DNA of 64,000 bases, taken from Tubulanus polymorphus (Eukaryota > Animalia > Nemertea). The notes below the pieces were generated by a model that worked only from the letters and a program-made list of their open reading frames with translations, ran no database searches and had not been told where the DNA came from. Made by a program: the position numbers and the translations under genes. This document shows, one piece after another, positions 1 to 12,041 of this stretch (position 1 is its first letter; every line of letters starts with the position of its first letter). The stretch is from positions 1,674,001-1,738,000 of the forward strand of contig NC_134035.1 of NCBI RefSeq assembly GCF_964204645.1. Direction: 5' to 3'.

Positions 1-296
1 GGGGACGCCTATGAGAACCTGTTTTAAATAACGCACAGGTATGAATGTATATGAACATCGTTGTAATTCCGGTTTTTACGGCATCAAAAAAGTTGCGATA
101 TTTGCTTCGCTATTAACACTCCCTCCCGTTAGATAATACAGTCGAATTACCAAAAAATTGCATCAAAAGATTGAATCGTGAGAGCATCTCAAAAACGACA
201 TTTCAATAAATTGTCGTTAAGCCCTTGGGTTGTTTATCCTATACCTGAAATTTAAGGAGTTAGCAAATAAACTGGTCGCTGAGCTATAATTAATTG

Positions 297-639
297 GAGA
301 GGCGCAGTGGCCAAGTGGACTAAGCCGCCGGTCACTGGTCTCGTCAATCCAGGGTTTATAGGTTCAAACCCTTGTGACGACAGAGTTTCTTAGTCGAATG
401 TTTTTCTCTGGTCTCTTAAACAACGAATCCACTTATAATGCCATGTGTGGCGCTTAGCGTTTTGAGGCTCTTAAAAAGAGCTATAATTCGTGCAAATTAG
501 GTTCAAACCCTTGTGACGACAGAGTTTCTTAGTCGAATGTTTTTCTCTGGTCTCTTAAACAACGAATCCACTTATAATGCCATGTGTGGCGCTTAGCGTT
601 TTGAGGCTCTTAAAAAGAGCTATAATTCGTGCAAATTAG
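297..639 (+). mobile_element. tRNA-derived SINE with a 139-bp tandem duplication of its 3' part
   Basis: A-box-like TGGCCAAGTGG (~308) and B-box GGTTCAAACC (361), followed by a non-tRNA body ending GCGTTTTGAG...AAAAGAGCTATAATT, which resembles L2-type SINE tails. Segment 361-499 is repeated at 500-638. Confidence 0.6.
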
Positions 640-973
640 ATCATTTTTCAAAAAATTGTTACCAATCTTTTCTAAGGGTCAGTCATACCCTAGAAACCTT
701 TCAATTAACATTAAGCTCATCTCTTACAGTTTTCACTCTATGGAGCTCGAAAGTTTCTATCGATTTTCCTACTTTTATGTTACCAATGATGGGCACTCTG
801 AGTGTTTTTTTTTATCAAATCACCCGTGAGTGCTGAAAGAGTTATGCCCTTGGATGATATATACTGGGAGGTGGGTTGATCCGACGTGGCTCCTTAACTC
901 ATTTCCACCCAAACACGTACTCGTATGTTCGTTATCTCCCATCACATTCCTGCCAAAACCGTACTGGCAAAAT

Positions 974-1143
974 GGTTGGCTTGTTTCTTAACTCAAAACC
1001 GTACCGATACGGTTGGCTTGTTTCTTAACTCAAAACCGTACCGATACGGTTTGCTTGATTCTTAACTCAAAACCGTACCGATACGGTTGGCTTGATTCTT
1101 AACTCAAAACCGTACCGATACGGTTGGCTTGGTTCTTAACTCT
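974..1143. repeat. 37-bp minisatellite, ~4.6 copies
   Basis: Unit GGTTGGCTTGTTTCTTAACTCAAAACCGTACCGATAC starts at 974, 1011, 1048, 1085 and 1122. Confidence 0.95.
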
Positions 1144-1834
1144 AACGATAGATGGCGAATTCATCGCACAACACCAGTTAGTTTAATGCCTTTTACTACT
1201 AAACAAACTCATCAGTTGTTCTATACAGTGTGCGAGTGACATCATCTATTGAAATGGGGGCCGAACACGCATGAACGAGCATATATTCTGCAAAATACTC
1301 CCTCTGCACTGGTTATCGCTACAGATTTTATCACTCTTAGAAGAAATGCCGCTTATTTTACATGAAAATGCAAGACCAGATCAAAGATATAAAACAAATT
1401 TGATGAGAAGATATCTCTTCTTGTTTTTGTTTTATGAATCTCTGAAAAACACGGAAATCCTGGCAAAACGCAGCATTGCCTGAAAAATAGGTGTGGCAGG
1501 CAAAGAGTTACGAATGTTCTTCATTTATATTCCCGCTTTTTTTCTCATATACCCTAATTATTCACTCGCCTTAAGCCCGCCGCACCGGCATAACATTTGT
1601 TTCGCCAAAACAGAAAACACACTTTTCAGAACACGTTTTGCCCACAAACAATAAAATGTTCAACGGACACGACATTTTGCTGTTCGGCGTTTTGTGTTTT
1701 GCCTTCCCCGCACACGGCATAACAAAAAACAGGCTTTAACCTCATGTACTAACACAATACAAATCATTTTCATCTCAAGTTTCAACATATTACAATTGAT
1801 AACCAGCCAACAGAACGGATACATCTAAACTTAC

Positions 1835-4800
1835 TTCGATGTCTGGGGACGCCAACGTGGACCTCGTTCCAGTGTGATGCTGTAAAAGAATAAAATTCAT
1901 TAATACAAAGCCTAGGAATTGGTAAATCGACCATGGAAAACATCATCTTGTTTTGCAGAAAATCTACCAGGCGAAAGAAAAAAACGAGTCGGAATCTATT
2001 CAATCGTTGCGCTTATGAAAATCAGCACCAGTTTATGGGCATAAAAATGTGCGCCAAGAATTGAATTTGATGACCAATACAAATAAACCAAAAATAGACA
2101 GGTTTGATATCTGTAACCGAATTGGATTTAGAGCCGCCTTTTTTCAGGTCAAAAACGATAAGTTACAAAGGGAATCGAACTCCGATTAAATTCTGTAACT
2201 TTGATGATAATTCTGACGAAAAACTCATAAGAATCGGTTGTTTCAAGGTAACAGAAGAATTAATACTTACTGCCTTTGCTGCTGTTTGTTTACGCTGATG
2301 ACATGAAAGAAAAAAAGAGAATTCCTTTTAGTTTTGTTATTTCACGTTCACACGTTAAATACAGTAAATATAAATACATCAATAAGAGATACATAAAATA
2401 TATGCACATATATCCGTGAGCAAATGCTTCCAGATTTTACTGTGTGTGCTAATGTTATATAAAAGAAACTTGATATATAAAATAATTCTAAGTGATGGGA
2501 ATTTATTTCATTGAAAGCAGGATTATTTTCATGACTTTGTTCCTGGTATGAAATATACGATGAAAATCAGAAACAAATCATCGTCTGTCAGAAAGAAATA
2601 AACACCACAGAAATTCCATGATACAGAAAACTTCTCACTTACTTCTGGTGCTGTTGTTCTTGTCGTCGTCGAATTCTGTCGCAATAAAAAAAAGAGAATT
2701 CATGAATTTCTTGCATTATTTCATATTCAGTAGCAAACATTAAACACAGGAGATCATATTATAATTAAAACAAAAGACAAGTTTTATATCTGTATTCGGG
2801 AAAAACCTCGATATTTCAGTATTCGTTTGTTTTAGGGTTTTATTTAAACAATATAAAGTCCATTAAACAGAAAAATTCAAACTTACTGTATTCGTCGCTG
2901 TTTGTCTGTTCTGTTGCAATAAAAGAAAAGAGAATTCATTAATTTCTTGCATTAAAACTCTGATCTCTGTAACTTTGATATTTCTGTATTCGTTTGTTTT
3001 ACAGTATGATTCAAACGATATAGAGTCCATTAAACAATACCAGACAGGTTTAATATCTGGAAAAAGATTTCATCAGAGTAAACTTGTTACAATGAGAGAA
3101 AACCAAAAACACCACGCGATAAATCAGTTTGATAATTCCTTTCATCGGGATATTTGCACTTTAAAAATGACAATTGTAATTATCATCATTACTATTATCG
3201 TTATTACTACGAGTTTGATGATAATTATGAACTACATGCGCAAATATAAGTGTATGTGTAAGTGAGCGCGCGCACAAACTGAAGACGAAATCAGTTACAA
3301 CTTGCTTAAAGAGTTATGAAGTTTCAATGACTCTCAGCGAAAATGGTAGATATCATATTCCACCGAGGAGATTAATAGAAAACTTACAAAATGAATTTCC
3401 GCTTCTACTGTTATCTAGAAAAGAGAATTAACATTCATATCTATAAAAATCATTCATTAAATGATCAATGAATCTAAGCGCCAGTTTTATGGAGACCAAT
3501 GTTTACTTTAATAAATCTGGGTTAACTTGATTAAAAGTGAATTCAGTTAACTGAGCACGGGTTAAACATAATACCAGTCTAACCGGCTTCAGAGGACCAG
3601 GTTAAACAAAACAGGTTTACATAAAATGATATCATAAAATCTAAACTTACTGGCGGCGGAATTTCCTCCAGGACTTCTGGCTGTTAGAAAAGAACAATAA
3701 CATTCACATTCAGGTCAAAAACGATAAGTTACGAAGGGAATCAAACTCCGATTAAATTCTGTAATTTTGATGATAATTCTGTTGAAAAACTCATAAGAAT
3801 CGGTTGTTTCAAGGTAACAGAAGAATTAATACTTACTGCCTTTGCTGCTGTTTGTTTACGCTGATGACATGAAAGAAAAAAAGAGAATTCATTTTAGTTT
3901 TGTTATTTCACGTTCACACGTTAAATACAGTAAATATAAATACATCAATAAGAGAGATACATAAAATATATGCACATATATCCGTGAGCAAATGCTTCCA
4001 GATTTTACTGTGTGCGCTAATATTATATAAAAAAAACTTGATTATAAAATAATTCTAAGTGACGGGCATTTATTTCATTGAAAGCAGGATTATTTTCATG
4101 ACTTTGTTCCCGGTATGAAATATACGATGAAAATCACAAACAAATCATCGTCTGTCAGAAAGAAATAAACACGACTAGAAATTCCATGATACAGAAAACT
4201 TCTCACTTACTTCTGGTGCTGTCGTTTTTGTCGTCGTCGTCGTCGTCGCTGAATTCTGTCGCAATAAAAAAAGAAGAGAATTCATGAATTTCTTGCATTA
4301 TTTCATATTCAGTAGCAAACATTAAACACAGGAGATCATATTATAATTAAAACAAGAGACAAGTTTTATATCTGTATTTGGAAAAACCCTGAAATTTCTG
4401 TATTCGTTTGTTTTAGGGTTTTATTTAAACAATATAAAGTCCATTAAACAGAAAAATTCAAACTTACTGTATTCGTCGCTGTTTGTCTGTTCTGTTGCAA
4501 TAAAAGAAAAGAGAATTCATTAATTTCTTGCATTAAAACTCTGATCTCTGTAACTTTGATATTTCTGTATTCGTTTGTTTTACAGTTTGATTCAAACGAT
4601 ATAGAGTCCATGAAACAGAAAAATTCAAACTTCTGTTGTCGTTGCTGCTGCAGCAGCAGCAAACTGTCGCGATGAAAGAATAGTAATTAATTGCGTTGTT
4701 ATTTCATATTGAGTAGCACACATTTAACAGAGATCATTATTAAAATGAATACCAGACAGGTTTAATATCTGGAAAAAGATTTCATCAGAGTAAACTTGTT

Positions 4801-7800
4801 ACAATGAGAGAAAACCAAAAACACCACGCAATAAATCAGTTTGATAATTCCTTTCATCGGGATATTTGCACTTTAAAAATGACAATTGTAATTATCATCA
4901 TTACTATTATCGTTATTACTACGAGTTTGATGATAATTATGAACTACATGCGCAAATATAAGCGTATGTGTAAGTGAGCGCGCACACAAACTGAAGACGA
5001 AATCAGTAACAACTACCATATTAAGAAGCGCATTAATAATCGGATTCGAACCGACCGTACTCATACAGATCTTGCCGAAGCCAGTCGTAGTTATAAAAAA
5101 ACTATAAGAAAGCACGTGAATTTACACAGAAAGCGTATGCAAAGAGAAATTCGAAACCTTAATCTTCATAACCCTAAAAAATACTGGCAGCTTTTAAACA
5201 GAAACACCCCTAGAAACACTAATATTCCAGTACCACTGGAGGACTTGTATGAATTTTTCCGGGATGCCAATAAGCAGCAAGATGATAGATCAGAATTACC
5301 TAATGTAGCAAATGATATGATCAATGAAAACGAGTCACTAAATGATGCTATATCTGCGGAGGAAATTTTAAAGGCAATTAAACTACTCAAAAATGGTAAA
5401 TCAGCTGGAAGTGATGGCATCCTAAACGAACATATAAAAGCCACTAAGGATATCATGCTCCCAGTTTATGTAAACTTCTTTAATATCGTTTTAGATACTG
5501 GGATACTCCCAGAATCTTGGCTAGAGGGCGTCATTTGTCCCATCTTTAAAGGTGGAAATGACAAACTACCAGAGAACTACAGGCCCATCACTATTTTAAG
5601 CTGTTTGGGAAAGGTTTTTACAGCAATACTTAATAATAGACTAACATGTTATATTGAAACAAACAACATCCTCCATAACAACCAAGCTGGATTTCGTCGT
5701 GGTTACTCGACAATTGACAACCTCTACATTTTACATATTTTAGCTGAAGTTATTAAAACTCAGAAGAAGAAACTATATTGTGCTTTCGTAGATTTTACCA
5801 AAGCCTTTGACACAGTCTGGAGAGCCGGACTATGGCAAAAGCTTCTTACAAATGGTATAAACGGTAAATTACTTAACTGTGTGAAGAACATGTATGACAA
5901 TGTTAAATCATGTGTGAGAGCTAATGGTAACCTATCTGCCTTTTTTCCTTGTGAGACAGGTGTCAGACAAGGTGAAAATATGTCACCGCTTCTTTTCTGC
6001 CTGTACTTAAACGACTTAGAAGAATTTTTACATAATAGAGCCAGTAATGGGATCAGTTTGTCCGATCATAACGATGTCATCGTTTATGCAAACTTGGTAA
6101 TTCTATTCTACGCGGACGATACGGTAATTTTTGCGCAGAATGCGCAAGAACTTCAGCGCAACCTAGATAATTTCCATGAATACTGCAATGTATGGAAACT
6201 AAAGGTCAATACTAGAAAAACAAAGATTATAATATTTGGTTCTAGAGGCTTAGGAAATGAACAGTTTCACATGGGAAATCAAAATATTGAGGTTGTTACC
6301 AGCTATAAGTACCTGGGATTATTATTACATCAAAATAGAGGTTTTTTGTCGACTAAGAAATACCTAGTCTCACAAGCAAAAAAGGCACTACACGCTCTAT
6401 ACTGTAAGACTTATAGTCTAAATCTTCCTCTAGATTGTCAGTTAAAACTATTCGATCAGACGGTGGTACCCGTCTTATTATATGGCTGTGAAGTCTGGGG
6501 GTTCTCTAACATAGATTCTATTGAGTCTGTTCACTTAAGTTTTCTGAGACACGTACTGAAAGCGCGAAATAGTACACCAACGTTCATGTTGTACGGAGAA
6601 ACTGGTAGATTCCCCCTTTCTATAGTAATTAAATCTAGAATTGTCTCCTTTTGGGCTAATTTAGTTAGTTCTCAGAACAAACTTTCTAGCATTCTGTATA
6701 AATCAGTTATGCGACCTTTTTACATTAACGGCATAGCTCCAAATTTCAAATGGATTAGAAATGTAAAAGATATTCTGTATTCTGTAGGTTTAAACAATAT
6801 ATGGGATGATCAATCCTTCCCAAACACTAGATGGCTGCAATCTACTTTAAAACGAAAAATAATGGACCAGTTCCTCCAAGAATGGAGAGCATCCATAAGG
6901 GAATCACCTAAAGGTGACTATTACTCTCTATTCAAAGATAATCATAGCCTGGAATTTATTTACACGTCGGACATTCCTGATGACCTGCTATATAGTTTAA
7001 GTAGATTTAGAACGTGTAACCACAAACTTCCAATTGAAACTGGTAGATGGATGAAAGTACCCAGAGAAAACAGGACCTGTCCTCTTTGCAACAGTGCTAT
7101 AGGGGACGAATATCATTATATATTATGTTGTCCAACCCTTGACGTTTTAAGGACCAAGTACATTGAGAGAAAATTTTCAATTTATCCAAACCAGTATAAA
7201 TTCTCCTCCCTTATGCAGACAAAAAACATCAGAACACTTTATAATTTATGTATCTTTATAAGTAAAATTGCTAAAATATTTGTGTAAACACGGCATTCGC
7301 TGCTATGTTATTTTGTATAATGTTCTATTTTTCACTCATATTGTCTAATTTGTAGACCTTGAGTTTGTCAAATAAACTGTAAACTGTAAGCTTAAAGAGT
7401 TATGAAGTTTCAATGACTCAGCAAAAATGGTAGATATCATATTCCACCGAGGAGATTAATAGAAAACTTACAAAATGAATTTCCGCTTCTACTGTTATCT
7501 AGAAAAGAGAATTAACATTCATATCTATAAAAATCATTCATTAAATGATCAATGAATCTAAGCGCCAGTTTTATGGAGACCAATGTTTACTTTAATAAAT
7601 CTGGGTTAACTTGATTAAAAGTGAATTCAGTTACCTGAGCACGGGTTAAAGATAATATCAGTCTAACCGGCTTCAGAGGACCAGGTTAAACAAAACAGGT
7701 TTATATAAAATGATATCATGAAATCTAAACTTACTGGCGGCGGAATTTCCTCCAGGACTTCTGGCTGTTAGAAAAGAACAATAACATTCACATTCAGGTC

Positions 7801-10020
7801 AAAAACGATAAGTTACGAAGGGAATCGAACTCCGATTAAATTCTGTAATTGATGATAATTCTGATGAAAAACTCATAAGAATCGGTTGTTTCAAGGTAAC
7901 AGAAGAATTAATACTTACTGGATTTGCTGCTGTTTGTTTACGCTGATGACATGAAAGAAAAAAAGAGAATTCATTTTAGTTTTGTTATTTCACGTTCACA
8001 CATTAAATACAGTAAATATAAATACATCAATAAAAGAGATACATAAAATATATGCACATATATCCGTGAGCAAATGTTTCCAGATTTTACTGTGTGCGCT
8101 AATATTATATAAAAAAAAACTTGATTATAAAATAATTCTAAGTGACGGGAATTTTATTTCATTGAAAGCAGGATTATTTTCATGACTTTGTTCCCGGTAT
8201 GAAATATACGATGAAAATCACAAACAAATCATCGTCTGTCAGAAAGAAATAAACACCACAGAAATTCCATGATACAGAAAACTTCTCACTTACTTCTGGT
8301 GCTGTTGTTGTTCTTGTCGTCGTCGAATTCTGTCGCAATAAAAAAAAAAGAAGAGAATTCATGAATTTCTTGCATTATTTCATATTCAGTAGCAAACATT
8401 AATAAACACAGGAGATCATATTATAATTAAAACAAAAGACAAGTTTTATATCTGTATTCGGAAAAACCTCGATATTTCAGTATTCGTTTGTTTTAGGGTT
8501 TTATTTAAACAATATAAAGTCCATTAAACAGAAAAATTCAAACTTACTGTATTCGTCGCTGTTTGTCTGTTCTGTTGCAATAAAAGAAAAGAGAATTCAT
8601 TAATTTCTTGCATTAAAACTCTGATCTCTGTAACTTTGATATTTCTGTATTCGTTTGTTTTACAGTTTGATTCAAACGATATAGAGTCCATGAAACAGAA
8701 AAATTCAAACTTCTGTTGTCGTTGCTGCTGCTGCAGCAGCAAACTGTCGCGATGAAAGAAAAGTAATTAATTGCATTGTTATTTCATATTGAGTAGCACA
8801 CATTTAACAGAGATCATGATTGAAACGAATACCAGACAGGTTTAATATCTGGAAAAAGATTTCATCAGAGTAAACTTGTTACAATGAGAGAAAACCAAAA
8901 ACACCACGCGATAAATCAGTTTGATAATTCCTTTCATCGGGATATTTGCACTTTAAAAATGACAATTGTAATTATCATCATTACTATTATCGTTATTACT
9001 ACGAGTTTGATGATAATTATGAACTACATGCGCAAATATAAGCGTATGTGTAAGTGAGCGCGCGCACAAACTGAAGACGAAATCAGTTACAACTTGCTTA
9101 AAGAGTTATGAAGTTTCAATGACTCTCAGCGAAAATGGTAGATATCATATTCCACCGAGGAGATTAATAGAAAACTTACAAAATGAATTTCCGCTTCAAT
9201 CGTAATCTAGAAAAGAGAATTAACATTCATATCTGTAAAAATCATTCATTAAATGATCAATGAATCTAAGCGCCAGTTTTATGGAGACCAATGTTTACTT
9301 TAATAAATCTGGGTTAACTTGATTAAAAGTGAATTCAGTTACCTGAGCACGGGTTAAAGATAATATCAGTCTAACCGGCTTCAGAGGACCAGGTTAAACA
9401 AAACAGGTTTATATAAAATGATATCATGAAATCTAAACTTACTGGCGGCGGAATTTCCTCCAGGACTTCTGGCTGTTAGAAAAGAACAATAACATTCACA
9501 TTCATTAGAATTATTTGAAAAGTAAGCATCTGGGGGTGGTTGCACGTCAATCGAGACTGAAGTCCGAAAGTGGTCTTAAATCTTAAGACTGGTCTTAAGT
9601 TGTTAGATTGGCTATAGAACCAAGTTGGTCTTAGACTGATCTTAAGTCTAAGACCTGACTATGGAACCGGCCCCAGAAAATGTTTCAGTTTTGAATCTTG
9701 ATTGTAACATCAAATGATAACCGGTCCCGGGTTCAATTGCACATTTAATTCATTATTCCATCTGTATCCTGGATGGTTAGTGAGGTGGAGTGGACGGTAT
9801 CTTTGATGGGTTGGTATGAACGCTAACACCAGGGGGAGTGGGGGCGGGGGATTTAAATCTAGCTCCGATATATCAATGAAATAGTGCGCACTATCTCAAA
9901 AATATCGATGACGTAGTGCACATCTACTCAGGTAAGTATACTAGGTATCAATGTAGATACAGACATATTATTGGAACAAAAAAAATGAATACTTACTATC
10001 TGCTTTCGTTTTGGAGCCAT
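1835..10020 (-). CDS. Micro-exon gene, repetitive Thr/Pro/Glu-rich protein of unknown function (continues beyond the left edge)
   Basis: AG/GTAAGT-flanked phase-0 exons on minus: 9997-10020 MAPKRKQI; 9443-9472 PEVLEEIPPP; 9180-9206 ITIEAEIHF; 8548-8571 NRQTATNT; 8294-8329 NSTTTRTTTAPE; 7919-7942 RKQTAANP; 7735-7764; 7472-7498 ITVEAEIHF; 4468-4491; 4211-4255 NSATTTTTTKTTAPE; 3837-3860 RKQTAAKA; 3651-3680; 3388-3414; 2887-2910; 2643-2675 NSTTTRTTAPE; 2271-2294; 1835-1879 HHTGTRSTLASPDIE. All coding lengths are multiples of 3 with no stops. A further exon probably begins at <=18. Confidence 0.8.
5015..7389 (+). mobile_element. 5'-truncated non-LTR retrotransposon (LINE; RTE-X/CR1-L2-like, clade tentative)
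   Basis: Absent from the paralogous cassette units (empty site ACAACT-T-GCTTAAAGAG at ~9089-9105). Has an RT ORF and a 3' tail AATAAACTGTAAACTGTAA. No clear TSD. Confidence 0.95.
5116..7287 (+). CDS. LINE ORF2 fragment: reverse transcriptase plus C-terminal Cys/His motif, no endonuclease
   Basis: Motifs NYRPITIL, QAGFR, FVDFTKAFD, GVRQG, FYADD, YKYLG and CPLC...EYHYILCC. The frame stays open upstream to the insertion junction (~5014), so the GTG start is not the real start. Confidence 0.95.
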   Translation: MNLHRKRMQREIRNLNLHNPKKYWQLLNRNTPRNTNIPVPLEDLYEFFRDANKQQDDRSELPNVANDMINENESLNDAISAEEILKAIKLLKNGKSAGSDGILNEHIKATKDIMLPVYVNFFNIVLDTGILPESWLEGVICPIFKGGNDKLPENYRPITILSCLGKVFTAILNNRLTCYIETNNILHNNQAGFRRGYSTIDNLYILHILAEVIKTQKKKLYCAFVDFTKAFDTVWRAGLWQKLLTNGINGKLLNCVKNMYDNVKSCVRANGNLSAFFPCETGVRQGENMSPLLFCLYLNDLEEFLHNRASNGISLSDHNDVIVYANLVILFYADDTVIFAQNAQELQRNLDNFHEYCNVWKLKVNTRKTKIIIFGSRGLGNEQFHMGNQNIEVVTSYKYLGLLLHQNRGFLSTKKYLVSQAKKALHALYCKTYSLNLPLDCQLKLFDQTVVPVLLYGCEVWGFSNIDSIESVHLSFLRHVLKARNSTPTFMLYGETGRFPLSIVIKSRIVSFWANLVSSQNKLSSILYKSVMRPFYINGIAPNFKWIRNVKDILYSVGLNNIWDDQSFPNTRWLQSTLKRKIMDQFLQEWRASIRESPKGDYYSLFKDNHSLEFIYTSDIPDDLLYSLSRFRTCNHKLPIETGRWMKVPRENRTCPLCNSAIGDEYHYILCCPTLDVLRTKYIERKFSIYPNQYKFSSLMQTKNIRTLYNLCIFISKIAKIFV
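9533..9673. mobile_element. PIF/Harbinger-like MITE family A (GGGCCRGTT termini, CWG flanks)
   Basis: TIR-bounded ~140-bp element with internal AAGACCAGTCTTAAG motifs. Related copies at 30113-30250 and ~51577-51714; degraded at ~35418-35530. Confidence 0.75.
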
Positions 10021-11479
10021 ATTTCTAGAAAACAAAATAGAGACATCATAAACATTTGAGCGACGACACTTATCATCATTTGAAAATTGGCATATCGATT
10101 GTAAACAAATCCGCCAGATGACAGATCTGTAATCAGTCAGTGCTATGGAGGGTAGCCCTTGGGTTTTAATAGAAACAATTTCAGAGACAACACATTAACA
10201 TCTGGCCCCAGTGTTACCGCACTATAGCAGTATGCGTGGTTACTACAGTTACATGGATTAAAAATTTCTAAGTATTTCATGGGTGATTTTTCAATTTTCC
10301 AAAGTGGAACTGAACCGATATCATCATGCTTCAGTTAACATTTTAGCGGTGACTGGTTGATACAGATGATTCTCAAGGGAATTTGCTGACGAAAGTTGCA
10401 CTTGGCAAATACACAAAATATAAATGAATTACCCAAATATTTCCTTGATTTTAGGAAAATTTCCGAAATTTATTTTTGGAAATATTTCCAAACTAGGAAT
10501 TATCATTTCAAAATTCCAAAGTTTTTCCCAATTTCCGCGTTCTGTGGGAACCATGAGTATGCCTGTTTATCTAAGTGCTGAGGTGGAATTTTTTAAATCT
10601 TTACATCTCCAGCACTTTCGAGTATTGATTAGTTCAATGAAATGCTTAACGCACCTTAAAATTTCAACAAAATATTTTGTTTAGGGTTTCATTCAGTAAA
10701 CCATCAGGCCATACATGCAGTTCAACAGTTTTGGACGCAATGGTATAACGGCAAGGCTAATGAATGAATAAGACCCTAAAGATATTTTCTGTTGAAGACA
10801 TTTTGAGGGCACCAACGATTCCCTACCATTTTTCATTACCAGTTGAAATTTGGTTTATTTCAGAATGTTTTAAATCTAAAAAACTGATCAAGAAATGTGG
10901 AACTGGGGGGTCCAGAACAGTGGAACTGGATCCTGATAGCCGCTTTAAATGAAATCTTTTTGACATTTTTGTTGAAGAAATTAAATTTGTGTAGGGTGCC
11001 AAAAATCCCAGATCAGTTATCCAAAGTAATACACACTAAATTTTTTATTTTCGTGTTTAAACTTTTCTCAACTTGGTCTCAACAGGACCAGTGAAACTGT
11101 ATAGTCCAGATAAACCATCGTTTCTATATCCATCTGACACTGTTTTCAAAAGATTGTCAAAAAATCGTCTTTAACTGATTTGAATCAGAGAAAAGAGACT
11201 CCATTTTATGAACTAAATAAATTTTAACAATATGTTCCATGCCTACCATTTTAAATTATTTTCAAATCATCAAAAATCATATTTCAGAGGCATGGAAACA
11301 CAAGAAACATTTTGTTAGAATTTCAAAAATGGCTGATCTTTTGTAATTGCAACATGAGAAAATGAAGACTTTTTGGCAATTCTTCAATATGGTGTAAAGT
11401 GGATGTAAATACAACTGTTTATTCAGACTGCACATTTTCACTCTGGTCGTATCGAGACCAAATTGAGGTGTGTTCAAAA

Positions 11480-11765
11480 GTTTACCCCCTTCAGTGTGTC
11501 TACAGCACAGTGTGGTATATAAATCGGTGATGGATTTTGCTCGTTCACCGCACTGCGGTGTCTTAATTAGTTTTTATCTCTATAGAAAGATGGCAGCACC
11601 TGTCAAACATAGTGAAATACTAGTAGCTAATGATACACCGTGCCGCGGTGTAGACGCGCTATAGTGGTATTCCCGTTATTCAACAAACTAGGGCAGAATT
11701 TTTCAAAATTTTAAAATTATCTCCAGCACTATAAGCTATTGATCAGTCAGCACTGAAAGGGTTAA
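11480..11765. mobile_element. Dispersed ~280-bp repeat, piggyBac-like MITE (ends AGGGTTAA)
   Basis: Homologous copies at ~25575-25848 and ~44300-44590, and a partial copy at ~10580-10650. Confidence 0.6.
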
Positions 11766-12041
11766 GAGAAATATCACAAAGTAACGGATGTCATGCAAAA
11801 ATTATGAAGACATCGGTCCATTCCGTTTCATGAACGTAAAAATAAAACCCTGTAAATCAATTCAACATTCACTAAATTCACCTGCATTAATGAAGAAATT
11901 TAAAATCGATTTTAAGTGTAAGATATTTTTTATCTAAGTGGGTCCTAGTCTAATTGGGTCTAACAGTCAGTTTCACAAAAATTTCATTGGCGAGATAAAC
12001 TTTAGTTAATGATGAAATTTTATAATCGATGCTAAGTGTAA

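Larger units (their letters stand above)
2143..9504. repeat. Triplicated ~1.57-1.71 kb genomic cassette
   Basis: Units start with TTCAGGTCAAAAACGATAAGTTAC at ~2143, ~3709 and ~7793 and are highly similar. Unit 2 is interrupted by the LINE; unit 1 has an internal deletion near 3035. Confidence 0.95.

Noticed and set aside
297-385. Functional tRNA gene
   Set aside because: A and B boxes are present, but I could not fold a convincing acceptor or anticodon stem, and it continues into a SINE-like body.
974-1143. CRISPR array (37-bp palindromic repeats)
   Set aside because: The repeats are contiguous with no unique spacers, there are no cas genes, and the context is eukaryotic.
4444-8742. 72-aa ORFs MLL(L/Q)QQQRQQ...
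   Set aside because: They read through intron sequence of the duplicated cassette; only the embedded NRQTATNT micro-exon is supported.
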